Below the pieces are notes generated by a model that saw only the letters and a program-made list of their open reading frames with translations, did no database searches and was not told the origin of the DNA. A stretch of DNA of 64,000 bases from Eledone cirrhosa (lineage: Eukaryota). Shown here in pieces: positions 1 to 11,250 of the stretch. A program made the translations under genes and the position numbers. The first letter of the stretch is position 1; each line of letters begins with the position of its first letter. The DNA lies in contig OZ024751.1 of assembly GCA_964016885.1 (NCBI GenBank), forward strand, positions 45,694,001 to 45,758,000, read 5' to 3'.

Positions 1-9
1 GATAGAACC

Positions 10-75
10 ACCTTTGGGAATCGAACCACATATGTGTTGTATACCACAGAAGTGTGTTACCACTACACTCAGACA
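10..75 (-). mobile_element. Degenerate tRNA-like head (SINE head or tRNA pseudogene)
   Basis: Minus strand has A-box-like gtgtagtggtaacac and B-box GGTTCGATTCC with tRNA-like spacing. No clean cloverleaf. Confidence 0.35.
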
Positions 76-278
76 ATTTGAACATTTCTTATCATAAAAT
101 TAGCATATGTCAAAATGTAATTGGACAAGCTATAATTATTTTCAATTCACAAATGAGGACTCTTTAACATCTGCACTAAACTTCGCATTTTCCCTATTCT
201 ACATATACTTCATCACTGACTGACAAATCATATTTGGAAGAAAAAACATGATGTTGAGTGCTTGAATGAAATTGCATC

Positions 279-651
279 ATTATTTACTGATTGGTAGAGG
301 GTCGGACGCTATGCTTTCTAGCATAGTTACGTCCCTTTACGATCTGAGTTCAAATCCCGCCGAGGTTGACTTTGCCTTTCATCCTTACGGGGTCGATAAA
401 ATAAAGTACCAGTAATGCACTGGGTAATTGCTGGCCTTGTGCCTAAAGTAGAAACAATTATTTACTGATTGGTAGAGGGTCGGACGCCATGTTTTCCAGC
501 ATAGTTACGTCCCTTTACGATCTGAGTTCAAATCCCGCCGAGGTTGACTTTGCCTTTCATCCTTACGGGGTCGATAAAATAAAGTACCAGTAATGCACTG
601 GGTAATTGCTGGCCTTGTGCCTAAAGTAGAAACAATTATTTACTGATTGGT
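279..651 (+). mobile_element. Two tandem 5'-truncated copies (178-bp period) of tRNA-derived SINE family A
   Basis: B-box gagttcaaatccc, central ctttgcctttcatccttacggggtcgataaaataaagtaccag, 3' end ggccttgtgcctaaagtagaaac. The 17-mer attatttactgattggt occurs at 279, 457 and 635. Confidence 0.85.
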
Positions 652-1339
652 GCATTGCATTCACAGCCCCATTTTGTCAGCATGTTGACTCTAAGTATGT
701 ATATGTGTGTATATAAATATATATATATATAAATTTAGATTTATATTCCGGCTCTGTAAAACATCTGATGTATTTACATTGAGCTATTTTTCTTACTGGT
801 AATAAGGTAGTAATGAATTACTGACCTTTCCTGTTTATAATTATATATAGTGTATATATAAGTATAAATAATATTATTATTATTATATATATATATATAT
901 ATATGCTAACCTAAATGAGTCAAAACTGGTTGTGAATCCTGGTAAATAGAAAATGCACATAAGCAAACTTCCTTTTCAGATGTTCTCCTAACCATCTTGC
1001 TCTCCCCTCCGTCTGTTTATCTATATATCTATCTACCAATCTGTCTATCTATCCACCTTCTGTATACCTATCTAACCATCTGCCTATCTATTTATAACTA
1101 TTTATTATTATGCAATAAGGAGAAATGCCATTTGCAGCCATTAACTGCCAATGGACACATTCATAAAAAAACCCAACACTAACACAAAAGAAAACACAGA
1201 AAAAAGGAGAGTAAATGATATCCCTTTCATGTATTTATTTAAGAAATCAAAATCAATTTATTTCAATTCGATTTCTGTGTTAAGCAAAGGAATAATAACT
1301 CTAAAAAGTGATTTAGATCATTTAATGGTTTTAATTTTT

Positions 1340-1660
1340 CAACTGGTCTCTGGTCATACTGGAGCACTGGGTTTCAATCAATCAACTGGTCTGTGATCAA
1401 ACTGGGGCATTAGATTTCAGGCCTTCATCTGATCTAAAGTCAAATTGGGGCACCAGATTCCAGTTCTTCAGCTTGTCTGTGGTCAAACTGAAATGCCAGA
1501 TCTCAGTACTTTGACTGGGCTGTGGCCATACTGGAATACTGGATTTCAGTCTATCTGGTTTGCGATCCAACTGCAATGCCAGGTCTCAGTCCTTCATCTG
1601 GTTTGTGGCCATACAAGGGCGCTTGATTTCAGTCCTTTAACTGATCTTTGGTCATTCTGT
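1340..1660. repeat. Old, degenerate ~40-bp tandem repeat
   Basis: Recurring ctggtctgtggtca(t/a)actgg...gatttcag motifs. Confidence 0.5.
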
Positions 1661-1714
1661 AGTGCCATCTTCACGATTTTCATCAAACATGTTGACCTCA
1701 GTACTTATTTCAGT

Positions 1715-1745
<31 letters not shown>

Positions 1746-2597
1746 CTACAATAGAAAGAAGGCTTCTGAACAAATTTAAAATCAACATAGTTGTGAAGCT
1801 CCCTTCTGAACGACACTTGTACCCGTATTAAATGTTATTTATCTGATACAGTATTTCTATAATGTAGTCCCTTCAGTTATGGATTTAGTGATCCTCAACT
1901 CCACAGCAACATTTCAGGATTTAGAATTAGGGTTTAAGGTTAGGATTTAAATTTAAGGCTTCAAGTCTACAGTTAGAGTTCAGGGCTGAAGGTTAGAGTA
2001 AAACAGGAGAAGGGGTAATTGAAAACACTGAAATGTAAGATATGATATAATATAAAATATATGTGAGCCAGGGGGGGGGGGGGGGGACTAAAAACAAAAC
2101 TACCTAAAATACAAAAGTGGGCCATTACAAAAAGATCAGCTACCTTAAATCAATTCACCCTGCTGGGTACTCTTAAAGGAAGCCTCTACCACCAGGTATT
2201 CCTCCTCCAACCCAACATAAATCTGTTCCCACTACCCCCCCCCCCCCCCACTGTTCCATACTTCACAATACACAACATGTCAGGACATGTTGGGGATCAA
2301 TTACATTGGGGAGGAGGTAAGAGACACAATGAGAGGGGGGATGAGAGTAAGAAGAGAAAGAGGAAAGGAGGAGGAGAAGAAAGTGTTCCAAAAAGAGAGT
2401 GGGAGTGAAAGTGTTTGGATCCCTCTCTCCCCCTCTGTATATGTGTGTGTATATATATACATCATCATGATTATTTAACGGCCAGGTGTGTGGAGGTTCT
2501 CTCTTAGCAAAGGTACACACACACACACACATATATACACTTGTGTATAGAGATATGTATACACACACACATATATATGCAAACACACATGTATACA

Positions 2598-2610
2598 AAG
2601 AGAGAGAGTG

Positions 2611-2691
<81 letters not shown>

Positions 2692-3340
2692 AAGAGAGAG
2701 AGAGTGTGTTGTTGTTGTTGAAAGTAAGAGAAACCTTACAGGTGAATGTAATCTTGTTTAGACATGAAGTAATGTGGTGGTAGTAGTGGTGGTAGTAGTG
2801 GTGGTTGTGGTGATGGTGGTGGTGGTAGTGGTAGTAGTGGTAGTAGTCGTGGTAGTGGTAGTAGTGGTAGTAGTCGTGGTTGTGGTGATAGTGGTGGTGG
2901 TTGTGGTGGTTGTGGTGGTGATAGTGGTGGTTGTGGTGGTGGTGGTGATAGTGGTGGTTGAGGTTGTGGTGGTGGTGGTGGGGGTTGAGGTTGTGGTGGT
3001 GGTGATTGAGGTAGTAGTGGTGGTGGTTGTGGTTGTGGTTGTGGTGGTGGTGGTTGAGGTAGTGGTGGTGGTGATTGAGGTAGTAGTGGTGGTGGTTGAG
3101 GTAGTGGTGGAGGTAGTTGTGGTGGTGGTGGTGGTTGAGGTAGTGGTGGTGGTGATAGTGGTAGTGGTGGTGGTGGTTATGGTGGTGGTGGTGGTGATAG
3201 TGGTGGTGGTTGAGGTAGTAGTGGTGGTGGTTGTGGTGGTGATAGTGGTGGTGGTTGAGGTAGTGGTGGTGGTGGTGGTGGTGGTGGCAGTGGCAGTGGT
3301 GGTGGTGGTGGTGGCAGTGGCAGTGGTAGTGGTGGTGGTA
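2598..3340. repeat. (GA)n tract followed by compound (GTG/GTA/GTT)n trinucleotide microsatellite
   Basis: Direct reading. It produces the poly-T, poly-V and poly-H ORF artefacts. Confidence 0.95.
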
Positions 3341-4536
3341 GCTGTTAATTGGTACATGACAGGTACTTCCACCCCTATAACTCACCCCTGAAAGTGGTAA
3401 CAATGCTGGACTCACTCTCCACTCATGTTGTGAGGGTGGTGGTGGTGATTCATGGTATTGGTGGAAAAAGGGTGGGGAAGTGACATGACTGAGGTGGTGG
3501 TGGGGTGTCAGTATGATGGACAGACCAATGGAAATAAGAAATAGGGTGAGAATGGGGGTAGGAGGAGTGAGAAGTGAGTGAAATAGAGGGAGAGAGGGGG
3601 ATAGAATGGGAGAGAGGGAGAAGGAGGAGGAGAGAAAGGGTGAGACTCTAATACAGTTGGGTGGCATAAGTGAGATGTGGTGGGGTGACAGTTATATTTG
3701 AGGATGGTGGTGGTATGTGTGGTAATGGCCAGTAGTGGATAGGGTGAGGTGATGGTGTGAGGAGGGGGGGGGCTTCAAGAATAATACACAGACAGAGAGA
3801 CAAGACAAGAGGGGGGAGCTTGTGACAGTTTATTGCTACAAGAACACTGCCCCCACCCCTCCTCATCCTACTCCTTTCCCACCCTACTCATACCACTCCC
3901 ATCATAACCACCACCACAAACAGAAACACCACCACCACTACTACTACCACCACTACTTTACTTTGTCCCACTCCCTGCCCCACTATCTCTGATGACAGGG
4001 ACACATACATATATATACACACCAACTCTGCAACTCCACTACCCATAAACAACCAATGCTATACCCCCAAAATTGTTAAAACCCCAACAAAATTTACAAA
4101 TGCTAGGTAGGGGTTCAGAAATGTCTGGAGGGCTCATGATGAAACCACCCCCTCCCCCTCCATAAATAAACCCAAACATAAAAAAACAGTATGTGGGTTT
4201 ACAGGGGAATGGGGGTGATCAGGGGCTGATATGATATAGGGCCCCAAAGAGGAAAACTAGGGTTAGTAATGCAGCTTTCACCCCAATCCCCACATGCTGT
4301 GCCCACTCCCACCACTCCAACTCTTCTACTACTTCTAGTGTTCTCTGGTACTTTGAACTAGCTCTGATCAATATAATTTACCTGTTTCTCATCTTTTTTA
4401 TCATCCCAATTATGTAAAACCTTGTTTCAACACTTCTATTGATATTTAGGACTTTGAGGGGGCGGAAAAAAACCCTAGAAATTTTTCTGGTAAAAAATAA
4501 AGACATCATGAGTGAGAGGTGTCATTGGCGCAACCA

Positions 4537-4568
<32 letters not shown>

Positions 4569-4707
4569 ATATATATATATAATATATATCAACATCATCA
4601 TTTGACATGAGACAAGTCTCGTCTAGAGACCATGTCATTTTGGCTTGATTTCTACAGCTAGATGCCTTTCCTAACACCAACCATGTTACAAATATATATA
4701 TATATAT

Positions 4708-5066
4708 ATATAAAAGAAAAACGAACACAGATATATACATATATGTGTTCAAATCGAAAGGGACCAGATTCGTTAAGGTGAAAAGAATACTAACTATAGA
4801 CAATAGGGTTAGGGGTGATTGGTAGTTACCACAATTCCGGTTTGTATTTATTTTCTTGATTCATTCTTAAATTGAGTCTGGCAAACCCTATTGTCTATAG
4901 TTAGTATTCTTTTCACCTTAGCAAATCTGGTCCCTTACGATTTGAACACATATATGTATATATCTGTGTTTGTTTTTCTTTTATATTCAATTATAATATA
5001 TGGCTGGGAAAAATCTCTTTATTGTAAGAGACTATTTTGAGTTTCTAACTCCAAATATACCTTTGA
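4708..5066 (+). mobile_element. Fold-back element: ~100-bp inverted arms (4708-4810 / 4884-4986), ~73-bp spacer, ~80-bp 3' tail, in (TA)n; Penelope-like architecture
   Basis: Arms are near-perfect reverse complements (aaaagaaaaacgaacacagatatatac...caatagggtt / aaccctattg...ctgtgtttgtttttctttt). No intact hammerhead core is visible in this copy. Confidence 0.6.
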
Positions 5067-5072
5067 TATATA

Positions 5073-5938
5073 CAGGGTGTGGACGATATTTGTTCGCAAT
5101 TTTCAATTGCTATTTTATGCAAATATTTTTTACTTCCTTTGTCACTCCTGTCTTCATAAAAACAGTGACTATATTTCCATTATTTATTTTCAGAATAATT
5201 GATTATGAATAATTTTGAACCTCCAAATTTGTGGAAGAGACACGGAGTTCTTCTTGGAATCCACGCTGGGAGGACAAATAAGACCAGAAGATCAACTCCC
5301 AGAACAACAGGTGGCTCGTTGTCTCATCCAAAGACGTGCCCAGAGTCATGCAGACAAAGTTTCCAGCAACAACATTGGTCTTAGGTGTCGTCATCAATCA
5401 AGGTGATGTCATGCCACCTCACTTCTTCCCTGAGGGCCTCAAGCTGAACACCGATGGCTACATCTGCGTTCTGAGCGAGGTAGTAAAGCCCTGGATCAAC
5501 CAGGTAGCTGCAGGTAGGCCGCCCGTACGTGTGGCAGCAAGACTCAGTGCCCTACCATACCAGCCGAAAGACCCAAGCCTGGCTGTCAGAGAACTTCATC
5601 GACCACACTTCACCTGACTGCAACCCCCTCGACTTCTTTGTGTGGAGCACAATGGAACGAGACACCAACAGATCTAGCTGCAATATGAAAGACGATCTGA
5701 AGGCCAGGATCACAAGTGCCTTTAGGGGCCTAAGTCGGGGGACAATGACGAAGGCCTGTAGCCGGTTCCGAGGCCACCTTGAGGCCGTCATCAAAGCCAA
5801 TGGTGGGTTTATCGAGTGAGATCGAAAGAACAAGTCATGAAGACAAACTGACCCAAGTTTGATAAATATATCTTATAAAACTACTGTGTTACTTTTTCCT
5901 AGACAGTAATCTTGCGAACAAATATCGTCCGCACCGTG
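5073..5938 (+). mobile_element. Internally deleted Tc1/mariner-superfamily transposon, probably maT/DD37D-like, with frameshifted transposase remnant
   Basis: 27-bp TIRs CAGGGTGTGGACGATATTTGTTCGCAA and TTGCGAACAAATATCGTCCGCACCGTG in TA context. Remnants GDVMPPHFFPEGLKLN and WQQDSVPYHTS...SPDCNPLDFFVWS...KANGGFIE; third catalytic residue is D. Confidence 0.9.
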
Positions 5939-5958
5939 TGTATATATATATATATATA

Positions 5959-6147
5959 TAGGAACCAGTAAGACCCCGACAGCTGAGCTCAAGCCGTTTT
6001 GACGGCTAATTCTGTAGAATTAGCCGTCGAAACGGCTTGAGCTCAGCTGTCGGGGTCTTACTGGTTCCTATTACCCACTCTACTACCTCAAGTATCGAGT
6101 ACTTTGGTGCGTTATGGCCCACCTGGTTCCTTACCACATTTCCTTCG

Positions 6148-6150
<3 letters not shown>
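5959..6150 (+). mobile_element. Near-perfect 112-bp palindrome (centre 6014-6015) plus 80-bp 3' tail between (TA)n tracts; contains the 3' half of a hammerhead ribozyme
   Basis: taggaaccagtaagacccc...aattct gt agaatt...ggggtcttactggttccta. The right arm reads GAAA(6029)-CGGCT-tgagctc-AGCTG-TC(6051). A related single arm lies at 55967-56020. Confidence 0.7.
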
Positions 6151-6185
<35 letters not shown>

Positions 6186-6539
6186 GTATATGTGTAGCTG
6201 TTGGTTGATATATGTGTGTAAGTAATCCTAGTGGAAGGAAACTACAGTAGATATATTCTACCAATCAAATATATATTTCATCAAACACATATTCTGTCAA
6301 TCAGTTGACAAATGACATATTGAAAAAGTTTCAGGAGAAAGTAATACAAGGTGGTCACAGCTGGAACATTGGGTTGGGAGTAGTATAAATAAAAAGCAGG
6401 AGATCAAAACAAGAATACATGATGACATGATGATGACAACGAGGTGACACAGTGATGATATGGTGATCTGATATATGCTGACCTCACAGACCGAGGGGTC
6501 AGCATTTAGCTTATATACTGGCATATGGCATACATTATT

Positions 6540-6664
<125 letters not shown>

Positions 6665-7590
6665 ATTAGGTGATTCAGTAAATTTGTGGTTTACTGAGGA
6701 AGGTACCAATATTAGTACTTAATGCTATACTACAGTATATACATTAAGAACAAAATGAAGTTTCACATTGAAGTTTTTTTTTGAGAGATAGTGAGAAAGA
6801 GAGCCTGCAGTGCTGAAACGAGGGTGACCACAAATCATGGGAATATTCAAAGCATAGGAAGATACAGAGTGAGTGTAGCAAGAAGTATGAACCCGATTGC
6901 AATGCCAAGCAGTTTCATATGATATATAAACAGTATCTTAGGAAGAGTATCTCAGGAAAAAACTCATTTATCTATAAAGAGACAATATAAAGATTAAAAA
7001 TACAGGTGTATTGGAGGAAATATCCCCTTGTATATAGTGTGACATGGTACTCCATATTTGAAGTCCTACATTGTATCCCATACCATACCTGAAGTACTAC
7101 TGCATATTAGAGTAGACAGGTAGGATATGTTAGGAATGTTGTGGAGTGAGAGAGAGCAAGCAAGCATATATACATATATGATGTTGATGGGTGTCAGAAT
7201 GAGTACTCAATATCAAAGTTGAGATTAATAGTATTCTTTATTATGGCTAAGTGATGAGTCTCATTACTCTGGAGTTTCATTTGTATCACCTGTGTATTCA
7301 CAAGATCATTAAACAAGGGTATTAAGTTCATTTCATCAGCTAATGACCACAAAGTTGTTTTTAAATTGTTCTTGTTTCCATTTTGTATCAGTTATATACC
7401 TACCTCATCCCCTAATCCCCTGTCCCTGTGCTTATGGCTGCTTTTAATTGAATGAAATGGTTCTAGTCTTGTAAAAGAAATTTCTATATAATATAATAGC
7501 CGAAACACTCACTTGAGGGGGCTTTCTTCTTTGAAGACCTTCTGCTATCCAGCTCCCCTGAGAGTTTATTACTATTATATATATATATAT

Positions 7591-7933
7591 GGAGGCACAT
7601 GGCTTAGTGGTTAGAGCATTGGCCTTGCAATCGAAAGGTTGTGAGTTCAATTCTCAGACCGGGTGATGTGTTGTTTCCTTGAGCAAGACACTTTATTTCA
7701 CATTGCTCAAGTTTACTCAGCTGTAGAAATGAGATGATAGGGACTGGGGTCCCTATCATTCCACTGCAAAGTGGTCGTGGAGGTGCCACGGCAAAAAAGC
7801 ATCCAGCACTCACTGTAAATGAGGTTGGTGTTAGGAAGGGCATCCAGCTGTAGTAATCAAGCCAGAATCAGTTCCCGTCCCACCCTTGCAAGCAGGGAAA
7901 AAGCGGACGTAAAATGAAATGATGAATGATGAT
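7591..7933 (+). mobile_element. Full-length tRNA-derived SINE family B with RTE-type 3' tail
   Basis: A-box tggcttagtgg, B-box gagttcaattc, CORE-like ccttgagcaagacacttta, internal hairpin atgatagggac-tggg-gtccctatcat, and tail ccacccttgcaagcagggaaaaagcggacgtaaaatga followed by (tga)n-like repeats. Confidence 0.85.
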
Positions 7934-8366
7934 ATATATATAAAAAGAGAGGCAGGGTGAAGTATCTAGAAACGTTGGTGTAATTTAAACTTCAGTTAGA
8001 TCAAGTAAAAGTGCAAATTTTATCACAACTATATTAATGGTCCCTGTATAGCAACATTGATTCTCTTCAACAACATCACTCTCTCTCTCTCTCCCTCTCT
8101 CACTATAACACATGTAACATCTCTCTCACTATATCATCATGGACACAATGCACCACCTGGTCTTGGAATCAAACTCACGACTTCATGATCGTGAGCCGAA
8201 TATCATAACAACTAAACCAAATCATACCTTCACATAGTTCAATGTATGCTATGATAAAAGACATTTGCCCAACATGCTAGGCAACAGGGGGACTGAACTC
8301 TGGACATCATGATTGAAAAGTTAACTCCATAACCACTTGATCATGCCTGCACGTGTGTGTGTGTAT

Positions 8367-8426
<60 letters not shown>

Positions 8427-10088
8427 TGATCCTATCAAATGCCACCATACACATAGAATTAAACATTTTCCAGATATTCCTGAATTCACAAAAAAAAATA
8501 AAATAAAGCCATAATATCCATCTATCTGTGTAGCTGTTTCTTTGTGTTGTGTGTGTTGTGTGTGTGTTGTGTGTGTATCTTTCTTTATTTTTTTCATTGA
8601 TCTATTTGTCAATTTTTGATCACTGCTCCTAAGACACTGGTGGTGGTATGATTTAGAAGTAGTAGTGGCGGGGATAAAGGAATGGCTGTGATGCAGTATA
8701 GTGGTGGTGGTGGTGGAGAGGTAGTATGGTAATAATGACAATAGTGATGGTGTTGGTGATACGATGACGGTGGTGGTATGGTGTTAGTGGTGGTGTGGTG
8801 CTGGTGATATGATGTTAGTGACGGTGGTGGTATGGTGTTAGTGGTGGTGTGGTGCTGGTGATATGATGTTAGTGACGGTGGTGGTATGGTGTTAGTGGTG
8901 GTGTTGCAGTAATAGTATCATTGTATATAGTTTACCAAAGTGTGGTATTACAGTTAACATGTTAAACTATTTCTTCTTGTTCTTCTTCTCCAAGACATTT
9001 CCATGAAGATCCATTTCATTTAATTGATATCTTCTACTGCCATTACACCGTCTACTTCTACTGCCATACATCATTGCACAGTCATTTACATATTGTACCA
9101 TACTGGCACCACAAATGGTAGAGAGGGGTAGTGGTGTGGTAGTGGTAGTGGCACCAGGGATGGTAGTGGTGTAGTGGTGCCAAGGATCATAGTGGTATCA
9201 GGGATGATAGTGGTGTGGTAGTGGTATGGCAGTGGTAGTAGTGGTACCAAGGGTCGTAGTGGTATCAGGGATGATAGTGGTGTGGTAGTGGTATGGCAGT
9301 GGTACCAGGAATGGTAGTGGTATGGCAGTGGTGTGGTAGTGGCACCAGAGAGGACATCAGAGTTGTAGCAGGGGTGAAAGCAGAATGGCACCACTCGGGA
9401 GAAAAGTTTTGACCGGCTGATACTGAACTTTTAAGGTTTAGCTACGATGATGATGATGATGATGATGGTGGTAATGAAGATGATGGTGGTGATGATGATA
9501 ATGGTGGTGATGATGATGATGGTAATGAAGATAATGGTGGTGATGATGATAATGGTGCTGGTAGTGATACACTTTGTTAATAATTAAGAGAATGATTGAG
9601 TTTTGGATTCAGTAAACTTTATAATAAGAGTGGTGATGATTACTGGATACATGTAGTAGTTGTAGTGGTGATGATGATGATGATGATGATTGAATACATG
9701 TAGTAGTTGTAGTGGTGATGATGATGATGATGATTGAATACATGTAGTAGTTGTAGTGGTGGTGATGATGATGATGATGATTACTAGGTACATGTAGTAG
9801 ACTAATAGCCAAAGTGACTACAAGGGTTTGGAGTAAACAAACTTTATCAACTTTGTTCCTACAGCCCATCAGGACTTCTTTCAGTTTTAGTAATTTCATT
9901 AGTAGATATAACGGTAGATGATAGAGCAAGACAGAGGAGGGAGAGAATGGAAGAGAGAGGGAGAGAATGGAAGAGAGAGAGAGAGAGGAAGAAGAGGAAG
10001 ATAAACCAGAGGGGAAGGGGGAATAAAAAAAAGAAAAAAAAGGTAGAAATAAATGAAGAAAAAAGAAGCAATAAAGATTCTGACTTAC

Positions 10089-10290
10089 TTTTCCTCTCGG
10101 CCCCTATACTGGGAGTATCTGAACTCTCATCATCAGTATCGCCATGACAATCATCCATTCCCTGGATGGAAGTGTCTGGCGTCGATGATGCAGTGTAGCG
10201 TTCCAGATTCAAATTCTGTGTGTCCTGGTGACTCACTTTGTCGTAACCATACATCCCTAGTAACTCATTCATGGTCGTCTCCGCATAATC
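10089..10290 (-). CDS. SOBP: Internal coding exon of a sine oculis-binding protein (SOBP)-like gene (202 nt, phase 0 in, phase 1 out)
   Basis: Minus strand reads ttgtttttatttcag|GAT TAT GCG...AGG AAA A|gtaagt. Translation is DYAETTMNELLGMYGYDKVSHQDTQNLNLERYTASSTPDTSIQGMDDCHGDTDDESSDTPSIGAERK, which matches the N-terminal SOBP motif recalled from vertebrates (NFAENTMNELLGWYGYDKV). Splice sites are canonical. The downstream FCS zinc-finger exons are not seen in the window. Confidence 0.85.
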
Positions 10291-10335
10291 CTGAAATAAA
10301 AACAATGAGAAATGAAACACAGATGAGTTAAGAGA

Positions 10336-10612
10336 GAGAAGAGGAGACTATGCTGGTGTGGACATGTTGTGATGCATATGGTTGATGATTGTGGAGTTAT
10401 TAAATACCATGAGTTCCGAATAGAAGGAAGCTGCAGTTTGAGGAAGACCAAGGAAAACCTGGCCAGAAGTGGTGAGAATGGATCTCAAAAAAACACTGAA
10501 TCTCACACAGGAGGAGATGACAAAGGAACACTAAGTGGGGAAGAAAGTTATGCTGGAGAAGACCAATCCAACCCTCACATGCATGGAAAAGTGGACAATA
10601 AAAATGATGATG
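10336..10612 (+). mobile_element. Degenerate 3' end of an RTE-type LINE just upstream (in the gene's sense) of the SOBP exon acceptor
   Basis: Decayed RRRL.W.GHV...GRPRKTW-encoding sequence and a tail ccaaccctcacatgcatggaaaagtggac...atgatgatga, similar to the copies at 21.2 kb and 45.9 kb. Confidence 0.65.
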
Positions 10613-10651
10613 AGTGGAACAATTTATATTCTTAATATATGCCTATATAAG

Positions 10652-10866
10652 GGCGGTGGATTGGCAGTATCGGTAGAGGGTTGGACACCATGCTTTGTGA
10701 CATGTAATTGCGTCCTTTTACGTTCTGAATTCAAATTCCACTGAGGTTAGCTTTGCCTTTCATCCTTATGTGGTCAATAAAATAAAGCACCAGTAACACA
10801 CTGATGACGATTTAATCGATTTTCCCTTCACACCAAAATTGTTGGCCTTGTGCCTAAATCAGAAAT
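10652..10866 (+). mobile_element. SINE family A, older diverged copy; a truncated minus-strand copy follows at 10946-11058
   Basis: ggcggtggattggcagtatcggtagaggg head, tttgcctttcatcctt core, ggccttgtgcctaaa end. Confidence 0.8.
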
Positions 10867-11071
10867 CCTTATATGTCTAAATATCATTGCCATCAAGTAT
10901 GTAAATATCCAGTAGAGGCTATATATATATAACTAATTTATAATAATTGTTTCTACGTTAGGCACAAGGCCAGCAATTACCCAGTGTATTACTGGTACTT
11001 TATTTTATCGACCCCGTAAGGAGGAAAGGCAAAGTTAACCTCGGCGGGATTTGAACTCATTTATAATAATG

Positions 11072-11250
11072 TATGAGGGGCAGCTGAAAGGTTCATAGGC
11101 TGACCGAGATGAAATGACCAAATGAGGTTTATTTTTCAACACAGTCCCTGGAAAGAAAGAATGCAGTTATTAATAAGAAGAGTTGAAATTAATGCATGCA
11201 AGATTTCACAGCTCTAGCATCACTCCGTCATAGTCAGCCTATGATATGAA
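11072..11250. mobile_element. Mariner-like MITE remnant
   Basis: Left end tatgaggggcagctgaaaggttcataggctgac resembles mariner TIRs. A partial inverted copy gtcagcctatga is at ~11234-11245. Confidence 0.45.

Noticed and set aside
10-75. Functional tRNA gene
   Set aside because: A and B boxes are present but acceptor and anticodon stems do not pair convincingly. tRNA-like heads elsewhere in the window belong to SINEs.
2504-3667. 387-aa His-rich ORF and overlapping poly-T/poly-V ORFs; a possible phase-compatible acceptor near 3388
   Set aside because: Pure trinucleotide microsatellite, open in several frames by composition, with no SOBP-like content. It needs RNA evidence before it can be considered an exon.
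4708-4986. miRNA precursor or classical MITE interpretation of the hairpins
   Set aside because: The arms are long and near-perfect with an asymmetric tail on one side and no TIR/TSD signature of a DNA transposon superfamily. The architecture matches the hammerhead-bearing fold-backs better, although this copy lacks an intact core.
9859-10320. 153-aa ORF as a complete gene
   Set aside because: Only 10290-10089 is exon. The flanks are a polypyrimidine tract and intronic low-complexity sequence beyond the gtaagt donor.
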